Part shown: positions 18,401 through 28,046 of the stretch, piece by piece | Layout of the letters: the number at the start of each line of letters is the position of its first letter | How positions within the stretch are numbered: position 1 is the first letter of the stretch | Sequence record: PZ295659.1 | DNA length: 64,000 nucleotides | Reading direction: 5' to 3' (one strand) | From: a phage | Made by a program: the position numbers and the translations under genes | Notes under the pieces: model-generated | Told to the model about the DNA's origin: nothing | Database searches by the model: none | Seen by the model: only the letters and a program-made list of their open reading frames with translations

Positions 18401-18475
18401 GTAATTTTCCTCATTATCATTAAACTGGAGGATTTCTCCTCCATAATCGTATCACAATAAACGTAAAGCTTTGAC

Positions 18476-19162
18476 TTAGAAGTCGTGAGTAGAATCAGCT
18501 TCCATCGCAATAACATAACTTACTTGAGAGCTTTCAAACTTAGCTGCAACTTTATCACCAGCTCCCCACAACATTACTTTATAGTTACCTGGCTGGATTT
18601 TCATATTAGCCATATTGATTACGAAGTTAAAGTTATTAGAACCATCATAATCGGTAAGAGTCAAAGAATACTTAGGACGGGTTAGTCTAGAATCTTCAAC
18701 TTTATTATAGCCATTGATAACAATTTTACCATCTTTATTTGTAATAGCAATTGTATCAATCTGAAGACCACGTGAAACTCGAAGCAATTGTTGAAGGTCT
18801 TCAGCTTTAATTTCAGTAATCACAGAAGCCACTGGGAATTGAATTGGCTTATTAGGAAAAACAATGGTGCTCTTGTCAGCGGCAGGCCAATAAACCGTGG
18901 AACGTGTATCTGCAATTTTAATATTGCCATCAGTGTGCATTGAAATTTCAGCATCATCAGACACTAGACTCAAAATGCTTAAGAAGCTATTCAAATCATA
19001 AAGTGCTACGTCAAAATCAATTTCATCAGAGATATTTGCTTCTGCATAAGTGGTGCCATTAACTGCACGAGTCATAATAAATTTACCTTGACTCAGCAGA
19101 ATGCCGGAGTTAATAGAGGCAAAGTTTTTCAGAATAGCGATAGTATCTTTAGACAGTTTCAT
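18476..19162 (-). CDS. 45: sliding clamp gp45
   Basis: MKLSKDTIAILKNFASINSGI... matches T4 gp45; start at second Met of track ORF. Confidence 0.9.
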   Translation of the reverse strand: MKLSKDTIAILKNFASINSGILLSQGKFIMTRAVNGTTYAEANISDEIDFDVALYDLNSFLSILSLVSDDAEISMHTDGNIKIADTRSTVYWPAADKSTIVFPNKPIQFPVASVITEIKAEDLQQLLRVSRGLQIDTIAITNKDGKIVINGYNKVEDSRLTRPKYSLTLTDYDGSNNFNFVINMANMKIQPGNYKVMLWGAGDKVAAKFESSQVSYVIAMEADSTHDF

Positions 19163-19202
19163 TTTATTTCCTTTCAAGACAATTCAAAGTTTAACAAATT
19201 TA

Positions 19203-19619
19203 TTATGCAGCAGCCATTTGCTTTTTAATAGCTTCAGGCAGTGATTCAATATATTCTGGAATTTTAGAAGCAACAATTTCGCCAGCTGCAATTAGTTGTT
19301 CGTCGGCATCAACACAGTAGAAATCTTCCAGACGCTCAGAACCATCTTTATCAAGAACGATTTTTCCGCCGGCTTCAATAGAATCTTTATAGTGCTTACG
19401 CATCAGATGAATCCACATATCAGATACATCGTTATCAATAAAACCATAAATCATAAAACGAGTTTCTTGTGGCAAAGATTGGAGTTTTTTAGCACTTGCG
19501 TCATCACAATGCAGGACCCATGCTTTACGAACACGATTATGGTTATGTGGGTTAGCGTCAGTACGGATAGAAGTAACTTTCAGATCAGCAGCAGTGAAAC
19601 CTTTAGCAGTAGTAAACAT
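19203..19619 (-). CDS. rpbA: RNA polymerase binding protein RpbA
   Basis: 138-aa ORF at the T4 rpbA position between 45 and 46. Confidence 0.7.
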   Translation of the reverse strand: MFTTAKGFTAADLKVTSIRTDANPHNHNRVRKAWVLHCDDASAKKLQSLPQETRFMIYGFIDNDVSDMWIHLMRKHYKDSIEAGGKIVLDKDGSERLEDFYCVDADEQLIAAGEIVASKIPEYIESLPEAIKKQMAAA

Positions 19620-19631
19620 ATTATTTCTCTC

Positions 19632-19832
19632 TTATTCGTAGAAGTCGGTAACTGTCCATGCGGAATTGCGATTAGACATTATTTTATTATACTCATCTTT
19701 AAAAGCAGATTTGAGCATTTGTTCAGTAACAATATGTTCTTCACCTGAAAACGTATTGGTCAAAACATATTTTTTAATTTCAGGGACAACGAGAAGATGT
19801 TGGCCAGTTGAATACTCCATGTTGTTCTCCAT
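19632..19832 (-). CDS. hypothetical protein (45.2 position)
   Basis: 66-aa ORF. Confidence 0.5.
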   Translation of the reverse strand: MENNMEYSTGQHLLVVPEIKKYVLTNTFSGEEHIVTEQMLKSAFKDEYNKIMSNRNSAWTVTDFYE

Positions 19833-19874
19833 TTAATTTGATGTGGTCATTATAACCACATCGTGTTAAAGCAT

Positions 19875-21563
19875 TTATGAAACAGTCATTACAGTAAATC
19901 GTCCAACTTTGCTCATCTGAAGATGTTGTCCATAACGTTGAGGGTCATGGTCTCGATGAGAGATAATGAACACGTTAGTATTTTGTAAACTTCCAAGAAT
20001 GGTATCTATAGCCTTAACAGCCTCAGAATCGACAGCACCATCAAAAACCTCATCAAGAATCAGAGTGTTGATTTTAACACCAGAGACCTTTTCAGCAATA
20101 TCTCGCCATGTAAACAACAATGCGATATCGATACGTGCCTTTTCACCTTGACTAAATGAAGCATAACTGAAATCTTCACGGCCACGTGATTTTATAGATT
20201 CATTGAATTCTTCGTCAATAGAAAACACGTAATCAGCTTCCATGATTTTAAGATAATAGTTAATCTGCTTGTTGAACAGAGGCACATATTTTTTAATGAT
20301 AGCACCTTTAATACCAGAATCTTTTAACATATCTGTGATAATACCACGATGGTATTTTTCAAGAACGATATCCGATTTTGTTTTAATGATTTTATCAAGT
20401 TCTTTTTGAAGCAAAGCTATCTCATCGGCATGGTCGATAAATTCCGCCGAGGCTTGTTCTATTGCAGCTTTAACTTTCTTAGCTTTATCAATAGTGGCAA
20501 TCATTGCTTGTTTCTTGGTACGAATATCAGATGCAAGGTCCTGTTTAGTCTTAACATTAGCTCTATATTCGTCCACTAGGACACTCAGATTATCTCTGTG
20601 ACATGTAAGTTGCTCGAATGAGTGATTACATTCATGAAGCTTATCGGTAATCTTAGAGACAATAGGGTCACCCTGGTGCAACTGTGACGCACAAGTAGGA
20701 CATGTGCCACCGTCATGATACATCTTAATAACTTTGTTATATGAGTCGATTTTAGATTTAATCAAGAATGCTTCTTGTCCGATCTTGTTGAATGCCTCAG
20801 TAGGGTCTTCATCAAGAACGATATTAAGTAGTCGCTCATTAGCTTCTTCGATTTCTGCTTTTAATGAACGAGCTTCTTTGGCTAGGTCGTCATACATATT
20901 CTGTAGACGCGCTACATTATCACCAGATAATTTCTTTTGACGTTCGATATTCTCGTTATAAATCTTAATTTGTTGGATAATACCATCTTTCTTGGCATCG
21001 AGAACTTGTCCCTGGGAATTAAGTTCTCGAACTTGAGACTTATTGATTTTATCCATTTCAGCGAGTGTGCCGACTTCTAAAAGGTCTTCGACAAGTTTTC
21101 TACGAGCAGGGGTGCTAAGAGCCATGAAAGGGGTATACCCTGCCGTCCCAAGCACAACGATTTGTTTAAAAGACGCGTATGACATTCCGATGCTACGTTC
21201 AAATTCTTCTTGGAAGTCACGACTGCTGGCAGATTCATCAAGACGAACACCGTCAACGGAGATTTCGAAAATATTGGGCTTTTGGCCACGTTTAATGAAG
21301 TATTTTTTACCATCGAATTCCATCCAAAGCTCAACTAAGAGCTCTTTCTTGTTCGTGCTATTAATGATTTGCCCTTTCTTAACATCACGAAATGGTTTAC
21401 CGAAAAGTCCGAAAGTAATGGCTTCTAACATCGTAGATTTACCACCGCCGTTTTTACCAGTGATTAATGTCTTTTGGACTTTATCTAATTGGATGTCAAT
21501 AGGATTCCCACCTACCGACATGATGTTTTGATAACGAACACGATTTAATTTAAATGATTTCAT
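19875..21563 (-). CDS. 46: recombination endonuclease subunit gp46 (Rad50/SbcC-like)
   Basis: 562 aa, Walker A GKNGGGKST, coiled-coil middle, signature and D-loop; colinear with T4 gp46. Confidence 0.95.
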   Translation of the reverse strand: MKSFKLNRVRYQNIMSVGGNPIDIQLDKVQKTLITGKNGGGKSTMLEAITFGLFGKPFRDVKKGQIINSTNKKELLVELWMEFDGKKYFIKRGQKPNIFEISVDGVRLDESASSRDFQEEFERSIGMSYASFKQIVVLGTAGYTPFMALSTPARRKLVEDLLEVGTLAEMDKINKSQVRELNSQGQVLDAKKDGIIQQIKIYNENIERQKKLSGDNVARLQNMYDDLAKEARSLKAEIEEANERLLNIVLDEDPTEAFNKIGQEAFLIKSKIDSYNKVIKMYHDGGTCPTCASQLHQGDPIVSKITDKLHECNHSFEQLTCHRDNLSVLVDEYRANVKTKQDLASDIRTKKQAMIATIDKAKKVKAAIEQASAEFIDHADEIALLQKELDKIIKTKSDIVLEKYHRGIITDMLKDSGIKGAIIKKYVPLFNKQINYYLKIMEADYVFSIDEEFNESIKSRGREDFSYASFSQGEKARIDIALLFTWRDIAEKVSGVKINTLILDEVFDGAVDSEAVKAIDTILGSLQNTNVFIISHRDHDPQRYGQHLQMSKVGRFTVMTVS

Positions 21564-21814
21564 ATGTATTCTCTTCGAATGAAGTCCTCTACATATTTTA
21601 ACATGTTATCTCTATCAGCAAAATATTCATCTAGTTCTGCATACATAACAACACCTGGTGCGTACTCACAGGTAACATACATTGTTCCAAAGAAACGAGG
21701 AGTTGATTCCTCGTAATTCTCGGTCCATTCAACGATACCAATATAACCGTCACCAATACTAAATTCATGACGATGGATTTCATAATCAGTCTTCGTCATT
21801 ATACGCGTCCTCAA
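21560..21814 (-). CDS. hypothetical protein (46.1 position)
   Basis: 84-aa ORF overlapping stops/starts with neighbours. Confidence 0.5.
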   Translation of the reverse strand: MRTRIMTKTDYEIHRHEFSIGDGYIGIVEWTENYEESTPRFFGTMYVTCEYAPGVVMYAELDEYFADRDNMLKYVEDFIRREYI

Positions 21815-22043
21815 TACACGCTTCAGCCATTTTAAGAATAGAGCCAGGAGTATCGTTGTCCATTATATTAAAGCTAAATTCAATAGCCCAGTCTGTGCAG
21901 ACATGAACTGCTTTAACTTCATTGCCTTCAACGCGTAATGGCTCAATCCAATACTTGATAGTGTTCTCGAATCCATCATCATCTTTAACGTCCATTTCAA
22001 CTTCAAGCCCAAGCCCAGCATTGTTAAATTCATCTAAAGTCAT
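21786..22043 (-). CDS. hypothetical protein (46.2 position)
   Basis: 85-aa ORF. Confidence 0.5.
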   Translation of the reverse strand: MTLDEFNNAGLGLEVEMDVKDDDGFENTIKYWIEPLRVEGNEVKAVHVCTDWAIEFSFNIMDNDTPGSILKMAEACIEDAYNDED

Positions 22044-23059
22044 TGTGTTGCCTCAATATAAAGTTCATTGGAATATTTGACCAGCGCTTCTCTTTCTTCG
22101 TCTGAGATATCTGGAATCGCGTCAATATATTCTTTAATGATATCTTGAAGTGATTTAATCTCGATTTCCTGGTCATCATCAGATTCAACACTGTTATCAA
22201 CTTTAGAAACCATACGAAGAGAGTGAACTACTTTTTCAAGTTCAGATTCAAACTTAGTCAACTCTGAATCAATTTCTGATACTATAACACGTACGGCTAG
22301 ATTAGTATAATCAGAATAATTGATTTTGCCTTTAAACGGATAAGTGATTCGTCGATGCCATGTTGTTTCATTAGGAATAAATTCCATACGTTCAACATCA
22401 GTGTCAAATACCCAGAATCCGCGCGGGTCGTTCTCATCGCCTGCAGTAAGGGTCCATGGTGTCCCAATATATTTAACGTTAGCAGCTTCAGAGATTGTGT
22501 GGAAGTGGCCAGACCAGACTTGTTTATAGGTCTTTAAGAAATCAGGTTCAAGCCCATGAGACTTCATTCCTTTATAGAAATAAAAGCCATTCAGTTCCCA
22601 GTGACCAACACAATACGCCGCAGAAGAAGTCTTGATGTGCTCTAAGATTTCACCTGTATTTTCTTCACACATCCATGGAACGATATCAATAAGACATCCG
22701 TCAAAATCTACAGTAGTTGGATGTTCGTAAATAGTAAAGTTTTCAAATTGAGTTAACAATTCAGAAACAGTGTTAGGTGTTATTGTATTCTTAAACGCCA
22801 TGTCATGATTTCCTATCGTGACATGAACGTGAATGCCTGCTTTAGAAATCATATCAACGATTTCACGATTGAATTCCATTGTACGATGTGTTATTGCTTT
22901 ACGGACGTCAAACCAATCACCGTACTGAATCCAAGTTTTAATCCCGTGTTTCTTAGAGTATTCAATTGCTTGACGAATACCATCACGTTGAATATCTTGA
23001 ACCCATGGGTCGTCTTGTTTGACTCCGATATGGAAGTCGCCTAAGTGCAAAATTTTCAT
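22040..23059 (-). CDS. 47: recombination endonuclease subunit gp47 (Mre11/SbcD-like)
   Basis: 339 aa, phosphoesterase motifs GDFH, GNHD, GHFH; colinear with T4 gp47. Confidence 0.95.
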   Translation of the reverse strand: MKILHLGDFHIGVKQDDPWVQDIQRDGIRQAIEYSKKHGIKTWIQYGDWFDVRKAITHRTMEFNREIVDMISKAGIHVHVTIGNHDMAFKNTITPNTVSELLTQFENFTIYEHPTTVDFDGCLIDIVPWMCEENTGEILEHIKTSSAAYCVGHWELNGFYFYKGMKSHGLEPDFLKTYKQVWSGHFHTISEAANVKYIGTPWTLTAGDENDPRGFWVFDTDVERMEFIPNETTWHRRITYPFKGKINYSDYTNLAVRVIVSEIDSELTKFESELEKVVHSLRMVSKVDNSVESDDDQEIEIKSLQDIIKEYIDAIPDISDEEREALVKYSNELYIEATQ

Positions 23060-23100
23060 ATTATTTCCTCATTAGTTAATTCATTCTATCATCCGTTTAT

Positions 23101-23132
23101 AAAGCAAAAAAAAAGGAACTCCGAAGAGTTCC
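23101..23132 (-). terminator. rho-independent terminator
   Basis: Minus strand GGAACUC-UUCG-GAGUUCC followed by U9. Confidence 0.6.
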
Positions 23133-23290
23133 TATCCACATAGTACACCGTACAGAGGCTCACGGTTCGATTTGAACTTGATCGGCCTACGGGTAATAGT
23201 ACCTTCTGCTTTAGCTTTTTCATATGATGCGTTAAAACGCTTAATCATATTAGTTTTGCTTTCTCTAATCTTGTTGAAATCGATGTCCAT
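23132..23290 (-). CDS. small ORF (52 aa) ending in the terminator
   Basis: AAGGA SD, MDIDFNKIRESKTNMIKRFNASYEKAKAEGTITRRPIKFKSNREPLYGVLCG; below track length cutoff. Confidence 0.35.
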   Translation of the reverse strand: MDIDFNKIRESKTNMIKRFNASYEKAKAEGTITRRPIKFKSNREPLYGVLCG

Positions 23291-23344
23291 AGGAGTCCTT
23301 AGAAATCTGGATGTTCGTCATTCATTAACCAGCGGTCCATGTTA

Positions 23345-23560
23345 TCACCGTTGCCACCATTTTTTAAGTTGATGTGAATCTACCCACACCTTCGCTACAG
23401 GTTCAATCTGAAAAATACCATCAGACGTACGTCCAATCATTTTGTATTCGGTCTCAGATTGTTTGACACAAATATCACCGTAAGAGCGAAGTCTAAAAGC
23501 GGCTCCTACTAGAAGCCGTTTAAATGGTTTATTTACTAGCGCCATTAATGATGTCCTCAA
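23345..23560 (-). CDS. hypothetical protein
   Basis: 71-aa ORF. Confidence 0.45.
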   Translation of the reverse strand: MRTSLMALVNKPFKRLLVGAAFRLRSYGDICVKQSETEYKMIGRTSDGIFQIEPVAKVWVDSHQLKKWWQR

Positions 23561-23852
23561 TAGCCTGACGAGTAGTAACCCACTGAATTTTAATCAATTC
23601 GTCAGTGTAGGGTTGACGCAGAATATCACGAGATTTTTTAATAGCGTATTCGTAAGCTTCGAAGTTATTTTGAATTGCAGCTTCTTGCGCGTGAGCATAA
23701 AGACGATTAAGTTCGCTACGATTCTTTTTAAGAATCTTTTCGGCTTTCTTAACCGCTTCTGCTTCATTTTTCTTTTGAATTTCTTGTAGCATTTTAGCTA
23801 CTTTATCTTCGGCTTCTTTGTTTTCAGCTCTTTCAATAATCTCAGTATTCAT
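23529..23852 (-). CDS. hypothetical helical protein
   Basis: 107-aa ORF, Lys/Glu/Ala rich. Confidence 0.45.
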   Translation of the reverse strand: MNTEIIERAENKEAEDKVAKMLQEIQKKNEAEAVKKAEKILKKNRSELNRLYAHAQEAAIQNNFEAYEYAIKKSRDILRQPYTDELIKIQWVTTRQAIEDIINGASK

Positions 23853-23853
23853 A

Positions 23854-24147
23854 TTATCTCATTAAATTAAAATAAAAACGTCCGTCCTCTTCAATACAGA
23901 ACTCATACTCAACCGGAGTCCCATTTATCGAAAATGACACGTCATGTGGGTTCAAAGGGTCGATGTCAAAATTAATTTTAAATTCTCGACCCAACAGTTT
24001 TACCAAATAAGGGATTGCTTCGTCAAAAGGTTCTTCTAAGTAGTTAGAGATGTCAATTGTCATCCTCATATAAAAAATCCAAACTAGGCGAATCGCTAAC
24101 AACTTCCTTCTTTTCAGCCCCAGGAGCTTTATAAGCGGATTCTTCAT
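23854..24147 (-). CDS. hypothetical protein (start uncertain, overlaps 3' end of gene 55 in track)
   Basis: 97-aa track ORF; internal Met (MRMTIDIS) more likely start. Confidence 0.4.
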   Translation of the reverse strand: MKNPLIKLLGLKRRKLLAIRLVWIFYMRMTIDISNYLEEPFDEAIPYLVKLLGREFKINFDIDPLNPHDVSFSINGTPVEYEFCIEEDGRFYFNLMR

Positions 24148-24610
24148 AATGCGTCATTTTATCGTAGATGTCTTGAATAAACGTTTCATCTACCAACGCT
24201 ACCATATCATCGTCATGACTGTCGTAGACATTATGAACGAAGTAACTATATTTCTTTGCAACTTCCTTACGTTCTTTTTTGATACGTTGGACAAAAGCAT
24301 TAAAACAAGCTCGAGTTATGTATGCATGTGGGTTATTGTACTTAGTTTCGTCGAAATTATGAAGTCCCTTAATAGAGGCTTCAATCCCATCTGCAATCAT
24401 CTCCTGCTTCCAAGACTGGGTATATCCTGAAAAGTTGAAACGTTTGGACAGGCCTTCGGCGATAAGCATAATTGCTAAACCGATGGTATCATTCTGACGA
24501 ATAATTTTGTTTGGGTCTTTATTATTTAAGAGCTCCTTTTTCCACTCGATTATAGCGGCGAGAAGCTCTTTATTATTCACATAGTTATTTTTAGGTTTTT
24601 GTTCAGTCAT
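24053..24610 (-). CDS. 55: late-transcription sigma factor gp55
   Basis: 185 aa; ...[27 protein letters not shown]...[31 protein letters not shown] colinear with T4 gp55. Confidence 0.95.
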   Translation of the reverse strand: MTEQKPKNNYVNNKELLAAIIEWKKELLNNKDPNKIIRQNDTIGLAIMLIAEGLSKRFNFSGYTQSWKQEMIADGIEASIKGLHNFDETKYNNPHAYITRACFNAFVQRIKKERKEVAKKYSYFVHNVYDSHDDDMVALVDETFIQDIYDKMTHYEESAYKAPGAEKKEVVSDSPSLDFLYEDDN

Positions 24611-24682
24611 AAGTACCTCTTAGCTCAATTCATAGGTCTATTATATCATAATATTTAGAGACCTATCTTAAAGCACGAGATA

Positions 24683-24952
24683 CTATCGGAGCAAACAATA
24701 AGCCTGAAACACTTTTTCCATTAAACGTTTGAACTCATGGATATCGATATAAAGCTCAGTAAGACCGGCATTATAAAGAAAATCTAAAAAGTTCTCATGT
24801 GTTTCATTATAGTCGCCTTCGTTTAATTGAGATACATGAGTTTCCCAAAAACCAACACCTTTAACAAATGGAAAATACGTGACTTTCATGTATTCGTCAA
24901 CATAAAATTCGCCCAGCTTTTCTTCAGTTATACTGATTCGAGTTAATTTCAT
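24683..24952 (-). CDS. hypothetical protein
   Basis: 89-aa ORF. Confidence 0.45.
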   Translation of the reverse strand: MKLTRISITEEKLGEFYVDEYMKVTYFPFVKGVGFWETHVSQLNEGDYNETHENFLDFLYNAGLTELYIDIHEFKRLMEKVFQAYCLLR

Positions 24953-25176
24953 TCTAGTTCCTTTGCTGCTTCAAGAGCAGCATCCAGCGAATCAAATTGG
25001 TCAACGAAATCAATATTCAACGCATCGTCAACCGTAGCATATAACCACCATTGTTTGAATTCATATTCTAGGATAAATCCAGGACCTTCAATCTGAGGAA
25101 GACCTAGGCTATTTGTACCAACTTCGTAACCAGCTAGACGCAGGTCGTTAATCAAAGTTTCTGTTAATACGCTCAT
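24949..25176 (-). CDS. hypothetical acidic protein
   Basis: 75-aa ORF. Confidence 0.45.
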   Translation of the reverse strand: MSVLTETLINDLRLAGYEVGTNSLGLPQIEGPGFILEYEFKQWWLYATVDDALNIDFVDQFDSLDAALEAAKELE

Positions 25177-25505
25177 TTTACCGCCTTAACAATTTTCAGG
25201 TCAACGAATTTTTTCTTACGTTGATTTTTCATACGACGGATAGTCTTTTCAGAGATTTCATGTTTCTGATAAGCTTTAGATTCAACACCAAATGCAGCAA
25301 CGTCAAATTCAGAAAGAATATATTGTACTAGAATTTCACGAATAGAATTACGTCCAATTTTCTGGTCGTGTTTTTGCATGATTTCATAAAGACGGAATTC
25401 CCACGCGTCAAGAACTTGAGGAGTAACAATATTGCCGGATTCCAGAAGAGCAACAACTTTATCGAAAGCGAAAGAATTAACTACGTTTTTGATTTTAGTA
25501 GACAT
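25173..25505 (-). CDS. hypothetical protein
   Basis: 110-aa ORF; preceded by promoter repeat 25536-25570. Confidence 0.5.
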   Translation of the reverse strand: MSTKIKNVVNSFAFDKVVALLESGNIVTPQVLDAWEFRLYEIMQKHDQKIGRNSIREILVQYILSEFDVAAFGVESKAYQKHEISEKTIRRMKNQRKKKFVDLKIVKAVK

Positions 25506-25535
25506 ATTATTTTCCTAGGTTATTTTATTATCCAA

Positions 25536-25570
25536 TGAGAGAATTATACTTTGCTCTCAAGAGTTTGTAT
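25536..25570 (-). promoter_or_regulatory. early promoter stem-loop (TTTACA-17-TATAAT), copy A
   Basis: ~45 nt about 90 percent identical to 55700-55748; inverted repeat gagagaa.../...ttgctctc brackets the -10. Confidence 0.45.
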
Positions 25571-25571
25571 A

Positions 25572-25811
25572 CTATTTTTTAAGCATGAAAAGTAAGTAAT
25601 TTGTATCACGTGGAGTAATATCAACACCCATATCAAAGATGCCTTTATAGATTGGGTATTTGTTTTCGGTTGTATCGAAGCTGAAACTATTTCCATCGCA
25701 TCTAACAGTAATAGCATCTGTTAAAATGTCATACTCAATCCTAACAATTGAATCCCCAATTTTAACGTCGAGGTGTTTTTTGAATTTGATAAAATCTAAT
25801 TCTTGGGCCAT
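25572..25811 (-). CDS. hypothetical protein
   Basis: 79-aa ORF. Confidence 0.45.
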   Translation of the reverse strand: MAQELDFIKFKKHLDVKIGDSIVRIEYDILTDAITVRCDGNSFSFDTTENKYPIYKGIFDMGVDITPRDTNYLLFMLKK

Positions 25812-25874
25812 GATATTTTCCTCGTTTTAAGACGATAGGAAGACATGTTATTATCTTCCTATCGTTGTACATTA

Positions 25875-26087
25875 TTAACCGAACTTTTTAGCGCCTTTCC
25901 AGCCTTCGTACATAACTGCACAAGTCAGTAGTACAGCGTGCTGGCATTCTTTGTATTTGTAAATCCAGAACCAGCGTAAGAAGTCTTCGTCCTCAACGCC
26001 GTTGAGTTTCATATTGGCAAAGAATTCGGCACGTTCTTCACGAAGTTGCCATGACACAATATTTTCAGGATTCATTTTGTGTTCCAC
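25875..26087 (-). CDS. hypothetical protein
   Basis: 70-aa ORF. Confidence 0.4.
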   Translation of the reverse strand: MEHKMNPENIVSWQLREERAEFFANMKLNGVEDEDFLRWFWIYKYKECQHAVLLTCAVMYEGWKGAKKFG

Positions 26088-26299
26088 GCCCCGTTTTCGT
26101 CGATGAACTTAATCCAGTCATTTACAGACCATTTAGTTGTATCATCCTTTGGATTAACATTTAAAGTATATAATCCCTGCTTAAAAAGCATTCGTTTGAT
26201 ATTCATAATTTCCTCAACTGTAACGATAACATTCGTTAGCTTTACGTTTGGCTTCAGTATGAGAAGTATTATAATCATAATCTTCTTTACTGTAAACAT
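26072..26299 (-). CDS. hypothetical protein
   Basis: 75-aa ORF. Confidence 0.4.
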   Translation of the reverse strand: MFTVKKIMIIILLILKPNVKLTNVIVTVEEIMNIKRMLFKQGLYTLNVNPKDDTTKWSVNDWIKFIDENGAWNTK

Positions 26300-26534
26300 C
26301 TTTTTTCAACTTACGAACTTCTTTGCGAAGTTGTCGATTCATTTCGTTCTTGACTTCAGAATCAACCCCGCTCATACGCTTCCATTTATCTGAGCGGAAT
26401 ATGTTTTCAACCATGTCTTTGTGGCTAACACCGTCAGGAGCTTTACGTTTACCAAAATAGTCGTAATCACGAACTTTCAAATCTTTACGACGATACGTTT
26501 TACCCATAAGTACCTCAGAGGTTGATTGATACAA
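26214..26534 (-). CDS. hypothetical basic protein
   Basis: 106-aa ORF, Lys/Arg rich. Confidence 0.4.
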   Translation of the reverse strand: MYQSTSEVLMGKTYRRKDLKVRDYDYFGKRKAPDGVSHKDMVENIFRSDKWKRMSGVDSEVKNEMNRQLRKEVRKLKKDVYSKEDYDYNTSHTEAKRKANECYRYS

Positions 26535-26763
26535 TGCGTTTGATAAAATTCACTTCACTTACTGAAAGGTCTTTGAGACCGATTGATTCTAAACGTTGAG
26601 TAAGCGTCAACATTGGGATATAGTCCCATTGTGTTTTAGACGTTTGATAAGTACGGACGCCATTAGCAATTTCAACATGCAAATCGGAAATGGTAACGAA
26701 TACTGGACGCTCATCATTAACTTTAAGGGTTAGAACAACTTTCTTTGAATCTAAACTAATCAT
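26515..26763 (-). CDS. hypothetical protein
   Basis: 82-aa ORF. Confidence 0.45.
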   Translation of the reverse strand: MISLDSKKVVLTLKVNDERPVFVTISDLHVEIANGVRTYQTSKTQWDYIPMLTLTQRLESIGLKDLSVSEVNFIKRIVSINL

Positions 26764-26942
26764 GGCTTAATTTCCTTTGCAATTGAACAGAAGATACCAC
26801 GGTCACAAAGCATTTCACCAATTTCTGGATATTTGATTGAACGGTACCAAACATCCAGGCTTGAAACTCTGGTTATCTGTACTGCATTACCGTTGACAGA
26901 ATAGTACTGGTCGACCTTAATTTCTTTATCTTCAATTGTCAT
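26760..26942 (-). CDS. hypothetical protein
   Basis: Track ORF 26760..27062 trimmed to ATG 26942 (GAGG SD) downstream of promoter. Confidence 0.45.
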   Translation of the reverse strand: MTIEDKEIKVDQYYSVNGNAVQITRVSSLDVWYRSIKYPEIGEMLCDRGIFCSIAKEIKP

Positions 26943-26955
26943 TTTATTTTCCTCT

Positions 26956-26999
26956 ATAGTAGATGGCTTAATCTTAACACATCTATTGAGGATGTAAAC
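26956..26999 (-). promoter_or_regulatory. early promoter (GTTTAC -35)
   Basis: plus gtaaac 26994-26999; -10-like TAAGAT; sits between terminator and next gene. Confidence 0.45.
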
Positions 27000-27070
27000 T
27001 GTTTTATGAAAATATTTTCGATTTGAGAGGGGCACAAGGAGATAGTGAAGTGAAGATTCCAATGGATTAT

Positions 27071-27109
27071 ATTAGAAATGAGATAAAGAAGACCAGGCGG
27101 CACCTGGTC
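27071..27109 (-). terminator. rho-independent terminator after nrdH
   Basis: Perfect hairpin gaccagg-cggca-cctggtc (27091-27109), then U-rich tract on minus strand. Confidence 0.6.
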
Positions 27110-27431
27110 AATCTTCTATAATATCAGAGTCATATCCTAATGAAATCAAGGACTTTTTAAACTCTGCAATATTCTTTTGTTTCTTATCATTTAAAAATAT
27201 GACAGGATAACGAATATTAAGTGAAGTGAATCCTGCACGTTTAGCAAGAGATACGATTAAAGGACGGTCATATTCAATCTTACCATTATTAGTGAGGACT
27301 TTATAAAATGTATAAGGAGCATTGAGCTCCTTTAAAAGTTTTGTAACAGTATAACATCCCGGACAACGTCCTACTTCTTCAGGGATGCCGTAAATTTCAA
27401 TCTTATTCTTTAAGTTCGAGTTTTGTTCCAC
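27108..27431 (-). CDS. nrdH: glutaredoxin-like protein NrdH
   Basis: ...IEIYGIPEEVGRCPGCYTVTKLL... CPGC redox motif; start set at GTG 27431 with AAGGAA SD (track ORF extends to 27560). Confidence 0.6.
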   Translation of the reverse strand: MEQNSNLKNKIEIYGIPEEVGRCPGCYTVTKLLKELNAPYTFYKVLTNNGKIEYDRPLIVSLAKRAGFTSLNIRYPVIFLNDKKQKNIAEFKKSLISLGYDSDIIED

Positions 27432-27714
27432 GAGAAATAATTCCTTGGTAAGCCCAATAAGGAGGATTAACAGAATCCTCGCCAGAGTTTTCTTCAGGAA
27501 AATAAACCTGGATAACAAATCCAGATTCATCAAAGGTAAAATAAACTGTAGGCAGTTCACCTAACAATTCGGCACGAGCATTAATTTCTTCGAGATCTCG
27601 TTCACGTCCAGCCCAAAAACTAGGATTTAGATTACATTCGTAAAAATAATAGTCATTACCGAACATATCAAAACCTTTCCAACTCTCTACCACATACCGC
27701 TCAAAACTAATCAT
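27403..27714 (-). CDS. hypothetical protein
   Basis: 103-aa ORF. Confidence 0.5.
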   Translation of the reverse strand: MISFERYVVESWKGFDMFGNDYYFYECNLNPSFWAGRERDLEEINARAELLGELPTVYFTFDESGFVIQVYFPEENSGEDSVNPPYWAYQGIISRGTKLELKE

Positions 27715-27716
27715 AA

Positions 27717-27932
27717 TTAAGCCTTTTTATCAAGAACAGAATTCAGTTTATTAGTAATTTTGTCCAAACGTTCATTGAATTCGCTGGAGGATAATCCCTT
27801 TTCCGGAGAAATTAAACTAATCACGAAAAATACACCAGTAAAAGGAATAAGAAAAATAGCTCCAACTGCCATAAACAAAAAGAATGTTACGGTTGTAAGA
27901 AAATCAGCTAAACCTTTACGAAATTTATACAT
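27717..27932 (-). CDS. small membrane protein
   Basis: Hydrophobic stretch FLTTVTFFLFMAVGAIFLIPFTGVFFVISLI; ATG 27932 with AAGGG SD. Confidence 0.5.
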   Translation of the reverse strand: MYKFRKGLADFLTTVTFFLFMAVGAIFLIPFTGVFFVISLISPEKGLSSSEFNERLDKITNKLNSVLDKKA

Positions 27933-28046
27933 ATTTACCCTTAATTGATTAACCAAGCATTGATAAGCACTAAACTATATTGCGAATAAAATTCTGGACC
28001 AAAATGAAAAATCATATCATTTATAGTATCCATAATATAATTCAAT

